A DNA stretch of 64,000 bases, taken from positions 2,912,001 to 2,976,000 of the forward strand of contig OY759599.1 of assembly GCA_963662465.1 (NCBI GenBank), read 5' to 3'. A model generated the notes under the pieces. The model did not search any database and was not told the DNA's origin. It saw only the letters and a program-made list of their open reading frames with translations. Positions 41,665-50,833 of the stretch are shown piece after piece. The number at the start of each line of letters is the position of its first letter. Within the stretch, counting starts at the first letter, position 1. Made by a program: the position numbers and the translations under genes. This DNA is from Desulfatiglandales bacterium (GTDB taxonomy: Bacteria; Desulfobacterota; DSM-4660; Desulfatiglandales; Desulfatiglandaceae).

Positions 41665-42085
41665 TCTCCTGATCGATGAGTCGACAATTTTGCCAATACC
41701 ATCATGATGCTGCCGGTCTCCGACTCAAGGGACCGATACAAAACCTTGGTACATGATGAAGGGGTGCTGCGGACGTTATTCAAGGTTATCAAGTCTTCCA
41801 CCGGTTCCAGCATGTTCGACTGGGTATTTATCACTGGGGTTTCTCCGGTGGTCATGAGTGATATCACCAGCGGCCACAATGTCGCCAGAGACATCTTTTT
41901 TGCGCCTGAATTTTCAGATTTGTGCGGTTTTCATGAGGTGGAAGTCAAAAAGACGCTGGATGACATCGCCCATAGCTGCAGTCTGGGTGAAGAAAAAGCG
42001 CGAGGCCCTTTCCATGATGCGCACCTGGTACAATGGCTACGCATTTATTTCCATACAAGGGGAGCGGCTCTACAATCCCACCCTG
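41665..42085 (+). pseudogene. AAA-ATPase-like (AAA/PD-(D/E)XK family) gene fragment
   Basis: LLIDE.DNFANTIM..., VFITGVSPVVMSDITSGHN, SDLCGF, then frameshifted WYNGYAF...LYNPTL. Confidence 0.7.
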
Positions 42086-42261
42086 TGGAGGCCGTGAACT
42101 GGTTCTGATGTTGTCTGAAAGAAGCGCCGTTGTGTTGATTCAGAAGATCAGCAAGCGTTTCGGTCTCAGTGAAATGCTGACGGACGCATCCAGAGACAGG
42201 GTTTTCCTGGTCTCTTTCGTGGTGGCTGCCCTCGGCTTTGAACGTATCTGTTTTATCCCGG

Positions 42262-45200
42262 TCAATATCGATTCAAATAAGTCAAATAAGGAATAATAGC
42301 CTCATTCTTATTGCCGGAGGCGCCATCATAGGTGATGGACACAATGGGGACGCCGGTTTTTTTCTCAATTTCCCTGGCCATGGCCTCAGTGACTAGGGAA
42401 GGGCAGCAAAAAGCGGGGCTTGTCTGGACAAAGAGGGCAACATCCGGATAGTGCTTCCGGGTATAGAAGATCTTCAGCAGGTTATCCATGGACTCTCCCG
42501 TATGCTCAATTCTCACATTATATTGTGCAAGGATTTTTTCAGGGCTTTCATGGTAACCGGGCGACGGATTTTCCAGAATCTTTCCAAAGGACTTGAGATA
42601 CCCCTTCTCCATTTGGGTGACGGTGGCCAGCAATGCCTTTGAGCTCAGGATATCCAGATAGTTGCCCTCGAAAAACCATTTCTTGAGATAGGTCTTTGCG
42701 ACCATCTGAATATAGGCGCTGTAAGGGGTGACGATCACTTCACCGTTATGGTTTTCGATAAAACGAATGAGGTCCTGGTTCATCACGTCGTTGTCCCGCA
42801 CGTACAAATCACCGAAAATCGCCACTTGTGGATTCCGTTCATGGGACTTTTCGATGGCTTCAAAAGAAGCGATTACATGGGCTAAGGCCGCTTCCTTGGA
42901 TTGTTTTCCCAAAAAAGCATCGATCAGGACATTAACACTCTCTTTGAGTACCCTGTCCGTTACCCCCTTCTCCATTTCATAGGGCCTGATGCGGCATGCG
43001 ATTTTCCGGATAAAACCACCGAACATATAAGCGAAATAGGTGTTGATGGAGAGTTTCAGGGAGATGTCCATGAATGACATGTCCCCCACGTACACCTCTG
43101 CTTTCTCCATCCCTTTTCCATAGGTATGGAAGAGCTGCCGCAGGTGATGGGGAAACAGCCCGATATTGCACGCAATCTTTGAGGAGGCCACCCACAGCAG
43201 GGTCTTTTCGGGATTCAGATCATGGGTTTTCACATACGCCACAAATTCCTGAGCAATAATATTGAGGGGGATGCACTGCCCCGTGTTGTAGCGCAGGCTC
43301 TTCTGGATGGTGGTCTGGGATTCTTCCATCAACCTGGCATCGATCCCTTCCCTTTGAAGATTTGCCACCAGAAATTTCAGGGTGATGTCGTCCCAGTTGG
43401 GGATGATCAGGGTCTTGCCGGAAAGGGGCTTTTCTTTCACCGCAATGCGTGACGGCGTAAAACCAATGGCCGTTTTTTCAGGCCCGGCATCACCTTTTTG
43501 TTCGGTCCCGGCGGCATGGTGATTTTGAAAAGATCGAATGGCGGCTTCAATCCTCGTCCCATACCCCACACTCGATGCGTGTTCATCCAGTTGAAGGATC
43601 AGATACGGTTTTTCATGGGCTTCCATGATCTTCTTGAAATAGTCCATGACAAAGCTATCCGGCGTACACCGAAAGGAGGTGACCAAAACCGGGTAGGCGT
43701 CTTCCGATTGCGCCACCACCTGAGCCGCCATCAGGATCTGAGCCGCATAATGCCAGTGTATTTCAGTTAAAAGATCCTCAATGGGAGCAGTGTCCTCATC
43801 CCCATAGGAAAGCATATCCTGGAAATAGACCCGGATACCGAGGGATGCAAAAATATCGGGAATGCCCTTGTTCATAGTTTTTGACAGCGTCGTGTAGGGT
43901 CTTCCCAACAGCACCACATGCAGGCCTTTATGCTCCCGGGATTCTTTTCGGTATATCGCCTTCAATTTCAAAGCCCTGGATTCCCGGTATTCGCGGGCCG
44001 CGTCATAGGCTCTTGAAACCTCCAGAAAACCGACAGGCGTCGTTGTCAGGGGTTTCAACATGGCGTGAAGTTCCATTTTGACGCGGAATGACCCGTAAAG
44101 ATAATCGATCAACGGGGTCAGGATTCTTTTGCCCTTTTTTACGATTCCTGAAGCGGATATGAGAGATGGTGAATACTGGGTGTAATAACAAAATTGCCGC
44201 CTTACCCCTTTCAGAGAGGCTTTTTTCTCCAGATAGAAGGGGAGAAAAACGGCATCCGATCGGTCCATCAGATACGCTACATGACCATGAAGCGCCGCCA
44301 TGGGCGCGCAGAATTCAGCGCCCGCAATGTGCTTTCCTTCCTTCAGGGCCTCGCTGCAGGTTTCACTGGTGACGGTCCTGATGGAAAGGGCGTCAAAAAA
44401 CTTCTTCCAGAAGGGAATGTCTTCAAATAAATGGAGACCCGCGGGGATGCCGATGGTAACGCCCTGGGAATATGCTCGGACGGTTTCCAGGGAAAAGACC
44501 TTTTTTCTTTCTTTGTGCAAATCGAAGCCGGATAAGTTTTGGTTGACATATTGTTTGGTGTCATAGTCCCTGCCGCACAAAAATCCGTAAGCGACCTTTT
44601 CACCGTTCACCTCAGCCAGGGTTATCTTGCAGTGATTGGTGCATAAATCGCATGTTTCAGACGTTACATGGATGGTTTGCTCATGAAGGGCAATGCCGCG
44701 GAACCCTGTTTGCCCCATGCGCTCATCCGACCCGAACCCCTCATCCAGCAGGCTCAGGGCAGCGCCCATTGCTCCGGTTAAATGGCAATATCTGGAAACC
44801 ACAATGGGTTTTTGAAGCCGTTGTTCAAAAGCGGCCACAAGGGCCATGTTCTTTGCCGTTGCCCCCTGGAAAAAGATGGTATTTCCCATGCTGCCCATGG
44901 TGGCCACTTTTGTGAGATAGTTTTCCCGGATGGCATGCAGCACGGAAGCCAGCACCTCATCCACACTGTAGCCTTCGGAGAGATAATGGTTCATGTCCCG
45001 TTCCATGAAAACCGTGCATCGATCACTGACAATGGGAGATTTCCGCCCCTCGGTTCTGGCGGAATAATCCGCCAGGGGGCATCCCAGCTTCCGGGCCTGC
45101 TCCTCAATAAAGCTCCCGGTTCCCGCGGCGCACACGTTATTCATGATGGAGAAAGTGACCCGGCCGTTTTTAAGGGTGGTAAACTTGGAATCCTGTCCTC

Positions 45201-46503
45201 CGATCTCGATGATGGTGTCCACATTCGGATCGATCTCGCAGGCAGCCCGGGCATGGGCCGTAATTTCATCAATGACGATATCCGCCCCCATGATCTTTCC
45301 CGCGAATTTCCGCCCCGATCCGGTGGTGGCGGCCCCCATGATTCGCAATCCTGTTTTCTTTTTTTGGACCATATCATCGATGGATGAAAACAACCTCTGG
45401 ACCGCTGCCACCGGTCTCCCGGCGGTGCCGGTGTAGAACCCGGCCAGAACTTGGGCATCCTTGTTCAAGAGAACGGCCTTGGTGCTGGTGGAGCCGATAT
45501 CCACACCGAGAACCACATCATGGGTCGACATGGGCGCCAGGGTTTCATAGATATCTACCTCCACGGGGTATAACATTTCAGCATCCCCTGCCACATACGC
45601 ATATTTTTCGACACCGCCAAACTCCGGATACTGGGAAAGGGTCAATGTCAGCGGGTCATGAAAATACTTTTTCCGAGCGGTTTCGCGGCACAGCATATCC
45701 CGCACGGACGTAAATGGTGATGCCGCCGCTTCCCGCCATTGGTCCGCCATGAGAAATGCCGCCCCGATGGCGCCGTAAACGCCGGATTCGTCTACGACAA
45801 TCTCCTTCCGGGCAAGGGATGCAATATGATGCACCACCGCTTTGTTCCGGGAGACGCCGCCGGTGAAAACAATCGGGCTAAACAGCGTTCTATCCACGGA
45901 AAGGGTATCCACGATGTTCTTTGCAAGCCCATGGCAAAGCCCGTCGCAGATCTGTTCCAGGGTGTACCCTTCCTGCTGGGCGTGTACCAGATCGGTTTTG
46001 GCGAACACAGCGCACCTGGACGCGATTTTCGGAATGTCCCCTCGGTTGGAGAGCGCCATCTCACCCAGGGCCGCCGCACCTTCCAGGTTCAGCCGCCTCG
46101 CCTGTTGATCCAGAAAACTGCCGGTCCCCGCCGCACATGCGGTGTTGGTTTTAAAACTGCGGTAACGGCCTTTCTCGTCAAAACCGATCAAGCCGAATGC
46201 TTCGCCCCCAACCACCAGAATGGCGCCGATTTTTTTGTGAAAGTGACACGCCGCCTCGATCATGGCAACCCGGTTGTCATATCGCCGATCCGCCCTAATG
46301 ATCGAAGGGGTCGAAGACGTGGCGGCGATGCCGCAAATCCGACCCGGATCGAAATCATTCATCATTTGGGTAAACGTTTCTTCGATATTGCCGTGATGAA
46401 ATTGATAGGCGGTTTTTAAAATTTTTCCGTCAGAATTGATTTCAGCCACCGATATGGCAACGGAGCCCATATCGATTCCAAGAAAACTAAGATGATGGTT
46501 CAT
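42262..46503 (-). CDS. Fused CoA-activase (2 x BadF/BadG/BcrA/BcrD) plus DUF2229/dehydratase-like protein; PlsA/Ger (plasmalogen/ether-lipid reductase)-like architecture, 1413 aa
   Basis: LGIDMGS, CAAGTGSFLDQQA, RCAVFAKTD; second GVDIGSTSTK, EIGGQDSK, CAAGTGSF, RCTVFME; CDLCTNHC; FCAP, LGRPY, SFRCTPD, GQCIP, GDLYVR, PAFCCP. Confidence 0.85.
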   Translation of the reverse strand: MNHHLSFLGIDMGSVAISVAEINSDGKILKTAYQFHHGNIEETFTQMMNDFDPGRICGIAATSSTPSIIRADRRYDNRVAMIEAACHFHKKIGAILVVGGEAFGLIGFDEKGRYRSFKTNTACAAGTGSFLDQQARRLNLEGAAALGEMALSNRGDIPKIASRCAVFAKTDLVHAQQEGYTLEQICDGLCHGLAKNIVDTLSVDRTLFSPIVFTGGVSRNKAVVHHIASLARKEIVVDESGVYGAIGAAFLMADQWREAAASPFTSVRDMLCRETARKKYFHDPLTLTLSQYPEFGGVEKYAYVAGDAEMLYPVEVDIYETLAPMSTHDVVLGVDIGSTSTKAVLLNKDAQVLAGFYTGTAGRPVAAVQRLFSSIDDMVQKKKTGLRIMGAATTGSGRKFAGKIMGADIVIDEITAHARAACEIDPNVDTIIEIGGQDSKFTTLKNGRVTFSIMNNVCAAGTGSFIEEQARKLGCPLADYSARTEGRKSPIVSDRCTVFMERDMNHYLSEGYSVDEVLASVLHAIRENYLTKVATMGSMGNTIFFQGATAKNMALVAAFEQRLQKPIVVSRYCHLTGAMGAALSLLDEGFGSDERMGQTGFRGIALHEQTIHVTSETCDLCTNHCKITLAEVNGEKVAYGFLCGRDYDTKQYVNQNLSGFDLHKERKKVFSLETVRAYSQGVTIGIPAGLHLFEDIPFWKKFFDALSIRTVTSETCSEALKEGKHIAGAEFCAPMAALHGHVAYLMDRSDAVFLPFYLEKKASLKGVRRQFCYYTQYSPSLISASGIVKKGKRILTPLIDYLYGSFRVKMELHAMLKPLTTTPVGFLEVSRAYDAAREYRESRALKLKAIYRKESREHKGLHVVLLGRPYTTLSKTMNKGIPDIFASLGIRVYFQDMLSYGDEDTAPIEDLLTEIHWHYAAQILMAAQVVAQSEDAYPVLVTSFRCTPDSFVMDYFKKIMEAHEKPYLILQLDEHASSVGYGTRIEAAIRSFQNHHAAGTEQKGDAGPEKTAIGFTPSRIAVKEKPLSGKTLIIPNWDDITLKFLVANLQREGIDARLMEESQTTIQKSLRYNTGQCIPLNIIAQEFVAYVKTHDLNPEKTLLWVASSKIACNIGLFPHHLRQLFHTYGKGMEKAEVYVGDMSFMDISLKLSINTYFAYMFGGFIRKIACRIRPYEMEKGVTDRVLKESVNVLIDAFLGKQSKEAALAHVIASFEAIEKSHERNPQVAIFGDLYVRDNDVMNQDLIRFIENHNGEVIVTPYSAYIQMVAKTYLKKWFFEGNYLDILSSKALLATVTQMEKGYLKSFGKILENPSPGYHESPEKILAQYNVRIEHTGESMDNLLKIFYTRKHYPDVALFVQTSPAFCCPSLVTEAMAREIEKKTGVPIVSITYDGASGNKNEAIIPYLTYLNRY

Positions 46504-46539
46504 TCGGCTCCTGTTCGCAATCGAAGATATATCCCATGG
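46482..46539. repeat. 58-bp imperfect direct repeat, copy A (copy B at 53667-53724)
   Basis: GAAAACTAAGATGATGGTTCATTCGGCTCCTGTTCGCAATCGAAGATATATCCCATGG versus copy B: 52/58 identical by manual alignment. Confidence 0.9.
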
Positions 46540-46634
46540 GAAAATATTTTTAAACACCATACAACGATAATTGCGTACCGGCAACCTTTTATGGTTTACT
46601 ATTGACAAAAGTACTATCACAGTACCATACAGCC

Positions 46635-46763
46635 ATGAATACCAAGCAGCGTAAAACACTCGCCGCACTATTCTATTACTTGATGATCAAGATAGTAGTC
46701 GAAAAACATCAGGACGTATATGTCGCTTATCCTTTGAACTTCAAATCCAAGTTAAGTGGCTAA
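46635..46763 (+). pseudogene. Chimeric remnant: HicA-like start fused to a HicB-like fragment
   Basis: MNTKQRKTLAALF (HicA-like start) in frame with IKIVVEKHQDVYVAYPL (HicB-like); TTGACA upstream. Confidence 0.45.
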
Positions 46764-46830
46764 TTTCATTAAAAAGCTTGCTTTTTAGGCTTATTGGTGA
46801 TACATGCAACAACATCAAAGGAGGTACAGA

Positions 46831-47112
46831 ATGGGTAAATTATCCAATATCATTCCAGTGAGCGATTTAAGGCAAAATACTTCAAACATGCTGAAACAAT
46901 TAAAAAATAGCAAAGAACCTTTGATAATCACACAAAGAGGCAGAGCATCAGCGGTAATAATCGGAGTTGATGCCTATGAGGAATCTGAACACGAGAAAGA
47001 GCTATTGCGCCTTTTGGCTAGGGGAGACATGGAAATCGAAACTGGCCAGGGATATGACTTGGATACAGTTCTTGCTGAAGCTGACGCCATTTTGGCTAAG
47101 GAGCCTTCGTGA
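46831..47112 (+). CDS. Phd/YefM family antitoxin
   Basis: IIPVSDLRQN...PLIITQRGRASAV; AGGAGG RBS before ATG 46831. Confidence 0.88.
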   Translation: MGKLSNIIPVSDLRQNTSNMLKQLKNSKEPLIITQRGRASAVIIGVDAYEESEHEKELLRLLARGDMEIETGQGYDLDTVLAEADAILAKEPS

Positions 47113-47165
47113 AGGTCAAATTTACACCTTCTGCCAGAACTCAATTCCTTTCCGCAGTATCATAG
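47109..47165 (+). pseudogene. RelE/ParE toxin N-terminal stub
   Basis: GTGA overlap with the antitoxin stop; MKVKFTPSARTQFLSAV then an early stop. Confidence 0.6.
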
Positions 47166-47204
47166 CCTAAAACCAAAAAACATCAATTACAAGGAGGAAC
47201 ACCC

Positions 47205-47858
47205 ATGCAACCTCAAATCATCGGAATCTCCGGCAGCCCTATCAAAAACAGCAACACGGACCGTTTGGTCCAGGCAGTTCTTGAAAGCAGCGGTCTAAAA
47301 TCAGAGTTTGTCAAGCTCAGCAAGATCAATGTGCGCCCCTGTATTGCCTGTCTTGGGTGTAAAAAAGACAATATCTGCAAAGTCGAGGACGACTTCCCGG
47401 AACTGGCTGAGAAAATCCGCCACGCCGGCGCCGTTGTAGTAGGCGGATATTCACCCTACGGCGCAGTCGACGGATTTACCAAGGCATTTCTGGAACGGTT
47501 GTTTTCGTTAAGGCACCAAAACGGTCTGAACCGGGGAAAACTTGCCGTGGTTGTCGCCACCGGCATCGGGCGTGGGGCGCCCGGATTGGAAGAAGCCGGC
47601 AACCAGATCAACCACGCCTTAACCCTCGAAGGCATGGAGGTGTTGGGCCAGTTGAAGGTAACCGGCAACCCGGAATGCATGGTCTGCGGTTTTGGCCAGA
47701 CCTGCCCGATGAGTTCGCTGCCCTGGATATTCGGCGATGATACCACGGTAACGCCTGAAAAATTTTGTAATGTGGAAGATCAAACGGAAACCTGGGAACA
47801 AGCCAAAATTTTGGGGCAGGAAATCAGTGCCCGGATTCATAAGCAAAAGATGATGTAA
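47205..47858 (+). CDS. Flavodoxin-like iron-sulfur flavoprotein / NADPH-dependent FMN reductase
   Basis: IGISGSPIKNSNT, PCIACLGCKKDNIC; AGGAGG RBS. Confidence 0.88.
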   Translation: MQPQIIGISGSPIKNSNTDRLVQAVLESSGLKSEFVKLSKINVRPCIACLGCKKDNICKVEDDFPELAEKIRHAGAVVVGGYSPYGAVDGFTKAFLERLFSLRHQNGLNRGKLAVVVATGIGRGAPGLEEAGNQINHALTLEGMEVLGQLKVTGNPECMVCGFGQTCPMSSLPWIFGDDTTVTPEKFCNVEDQTETWEQAKILGQEISARIHKQKMM

Positions 47859-47867
47859 TTTCGTATC

Positions 47868-47910
47868 ATGAGCATCTGAAAAGCCACTCCGTTGGCATTC
47901 AGATGCTCAT
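47868..47910. repeat. 13-bp-stem inverted repeat (possible terminator)
   Basis: ATGAGCATCTGAA...TTCAGATGCTCAT just after the flavodoxin gene. Confidence 0.6.
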
Positions 47911-48198
47911 GCATATTTTTCAAAAAAGCCCTTCTAAATATGGGAATTGAAGTTAAAAAATGGGGGTCACCTTTAACAGATATTATTAAAGCGAAAGAGA
48001 CTCTTTTAACCGTTTAGATTTGATGGTTCCTCATCTAACGCGGGAGACCCGCAACCCAAAGATAAAGTTGTAAGAGGCAGTTGTCAGTTTTCAGTTATCA
48101 GTTGTCAGAGCTGGAGGTTATTTTGAAATTTGAGGACTTGGGAGTATGGAAGAGAATTTCGCCATGCGATGCTCGTGGGACAAGGAAACTCAGCTGAT

Positions 48199-49053
48199 AT
48201 GGCAAAATTCAACAACATCTTGGATGTATACAAATTATTGGAAAAAACCAATTGTCGCAAATGCAACAAACCGACCTGCCTTGCGTTTGCGGCAGCAGTG
48301 TTTCAAGGCAAAGCTTCTTTAGGTGATTGTCCGTTTATTGATAAAAATACCCTTAACGCCTACGGTGGCAAAAATGATCAACATGAATCCAAGTCAGCCC
48401 AGGATTATCTCAAATTAATGAACCAATTAAAAGAAAATATCAAACAGACAAACCTTGAGTCCAGAGCAGGTATGCTTGGCGGAAAGTTTTCAAATAACAG
48501 ACTTACATTGAAAATCCTGGGAAAAGATTTCAGCGTTGACGTAAATGGTAAAATTTTCACAGATATTCATGTCAATCGCTGGATTGCCCCGTCCGTGTTA
48601 AATTATATTCTGTCAAGCAAAGGACTGGCATTGACCGAAATCTGGGTTCCGTTTCGGGAACTTGAAACATCCAAGGATTGGTCCCGGTTTTTTGAGCATC
48701 AATGCGTTAGACTTTTAAAAAAGACGGCAGACTCAAATCCGTCTTTTTTCGAAGATATCATTGAACTTTTCAACGGTAAACCCGTTGAAAATCATTATGA
48801 TGCCGATATCTCCCTGATCATGAAACCGCTGCCGCTTTTGCCCATACTCATCTGCTACAACCATCCCGAAGACGGTCTGGAATCGGATTTGAATCTTTTT
48901 TTCGATACCACGGCTGATAAAAATCTGCCGATTGAAGACATTTATACGCTTATTACAGGGCTGGCCATTATGTTTGAAAAATTAGCGGCAACACATGGTA
49001 TCTTAGTGCCTTATTCCCTGAAACCCTGTTCTAAAAAACAAGAAATTCATTGA
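48199..49053 (+). CDS. Fe-S cluster domain plus DUF3786 protein
   Basis: N-terminal KTNCRKCNKPTCLAFA...CP (CdhE/RnfB-type Fe-S motif), WVPFREL, PLPLLPI, LFFD. Confidence 0.8.
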   Translation: MAKFNNILDVYKLLEKTNCRKCNKPTCLAFAAAVFQGKASLGDCPFIDKNTLNAYGGKNDQHESKSAQDYLKLMNQLKENIKQTNLESRAGMLGGKFSNNRLTLKILGKDFSVDVNGKIFTDIHVNRWIAPSVLNYILSSKGLALTEIWVPFRELETSKDWSRFFEHQCVRLLKKTADSNPSFFEDIIELFNGKPVENHYDADISLIMKPLPLLPILICYNHPEDGLESDLNLFFDTTADKNLPIEDIYTLITGLAIMFEKLAATHGILVPYSLKPCSKKQEIH

Positions 49054-49072
49054 TGGGAACATAGGAGAATAA

Positions 49073-49537
49073 ATGATGTTTGAGGACAAACTGAAATCGC
49101 TGGCGCTTGATGAAGGGTGCCTTCGAGTCGGCATAGCCCGCCGGGATGCTTTTTCCGAGGCGCCTCCTTCGGCGGACATGCGGTATCTCGAACCATGGGC
49201 GGAAAGCGTGATCGCCTTCGCCATTACAACCGGCACCGACTGGATTGAGGATTATCTCGGCAAAAAGACAAGAATGGTGATGCGGGACAACATGCACTGG
49301 GTGTACCACGAATTGTACCGTATCTCAGGTGTCATTTCTGATCTGCTCAAATCTAACGCTCATAAAGCGCATCCCATCATTCCGAATGGTCTTTATCGTC
49401 CCGATCACACCCCAAAGAAACAGGAAAAAGTAACCGTGACCCTTGCGGGAAAGGCCTTTACCTACAACCACTGCATCACGGTTTGCAGCGGACCGCTTAA
49501 AGAACGCAAAAAGCCGTTGAAGTTGAATGAAATATAG
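49073..49537 (+). pseudogene. N-terminal fragment of an epoxyqueuosine-reductase-like Fe-S protein fused to unrelated sequence
   Basis: LKSLALDEGCLRVGIA...APPSAD..LEPWAESVIAFA; the C-terminal ferredoxin motifs are absent. Confidence 0.5.
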
Positions 49538-50680
49538 GTATCGCCCTCGATCCAATACACCATCCAGGTCGTGGAACCGGGATAACCCCCGTCGTGACCC
49601 TCAATCGTTATCTCCAGGGAATCGCTCTGAATATGCAGATATGCGAAGCCGTACCCGGCTGTTGAGTCGGGGAGGAATTCCTCTTTTTTCTTCTTTTTCT
49701 TCCTGTTTAACAAAAACACCCCAGCCGTCATTTCTACAGGAACCGCTTCCTGCTGACACATCCTTAAATGAAGAATTATCCGGAATGTTACAGCGGCCAA
49801 AAGGACAGCCAACAGGGCCGGCAGGAACAAAATCCTGACTACTGAGGCAAATACAGGGAGCGAAATCTGAAATATGTGAAACAAAATCGGATTTTGCAGA
49901 AGGAACGGAATTAAAAACGCCGCGCTTGAGTGCTTGCAAAGATGTATTCGTAAATACAAAAATTTTATCTAAACATTAGAATGACTAGGTTAATTTAATT
50001 TTTTATATACATTCAAAGGCTCAGACAAGAAACTGTTGCTTCTGGGGATCGGATTCGATTCCAAAACCCGCCGCGTGGAAGGATGGCGGTTGGAAGAGGC
50101 ATGATGCGGCATAGCCGCAACCAAAAATGTCTCGCGCAAAGACGCAAAGATTTTCTTGTTTTTTGGAACAGAAAACCTGGGAATAAGGCGTTATGCTTTT
50201 TCTGAGGCTACGTTCAGAAAAAGTGGGGCACTTGGAGCCGTCAAGAGGACTCACTTTCGTTTCCCCTCAACTCAAAACTCAAAACCCAAAACCATGAACC
50301 GTGAACGTTTACAAATTACAGTTTTTTCTTTTACAACATGTTGTCTTTAGAAAGCCCCCAAGAGCCTAACCCCCTCCCAAAACATCACCCCCCGGTATGT
50401 TTTCTCCTTGACACAACAGGAATCCCGCAATATACATTTCTTCACTAATCGGGTGTTATTTATGGAAGACCTGACGAGTACCCGACACCAGCCACCCTGA
50501 TGCCCGCTTTCAGCCAGGCCTTACCGATGTTTTTGCCGAACCTGCGGCGGATATGAGGATCTCTTCGCGTCTTTGCGAGAGACATTCCGGTTGCGGGTAT
50601 TCGCGTTCGCCGCAATTTCCGCCGAACACCCTCGTTCGCGAGAGTGCATCCCATGTTTCCGACAGGATCAACCTGTCACC

Positions 50681-50752
50681 GTGCGAATAAATTTGCACCT
50701 ACAGTCGCCACCTGCCGCTTTTGAGGCGCTGTAGGTGCAGCTTTAGCCGCAC
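50681..50752. repeat. Pair of GTAG-type REPs upstream of the surface protein gene
   Basis: GTGCGAATAAATTTGCACCTAC...GTAGGTGCAGCTTTAGCCGCAC. Confidence 0.65.
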
Positions 50753-50833
50753 ATTCCAGAAACCGTAGATGCATCCCTCGGCAATGGACTTCGAATTCGC
50801 TGGCTGCGCTCATTCTGAGAAGGAGGAGGAAAA

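Noticed and set aside
46504..46668. N-terminal extension of the activase ORF
   Set aside because: Homology starts at MNHHLSFLGID (46503); upstream is the duplicated regulator tail and insert DNA.
49462..49959. Minus-strand 165-aa ORF
   Set aside because: Looks like a frameshifted fragment overlapping another pseudogene; no family could be supported.
50455..50530. Riboswitch or hammerhead ribozyme upstream of the surface protein (CTGACGAG)
   Set aside because: No downstream GAAA core with supporting stems and no recognisable c-di-GMP aptamer motif; an Rfam search would settle it.
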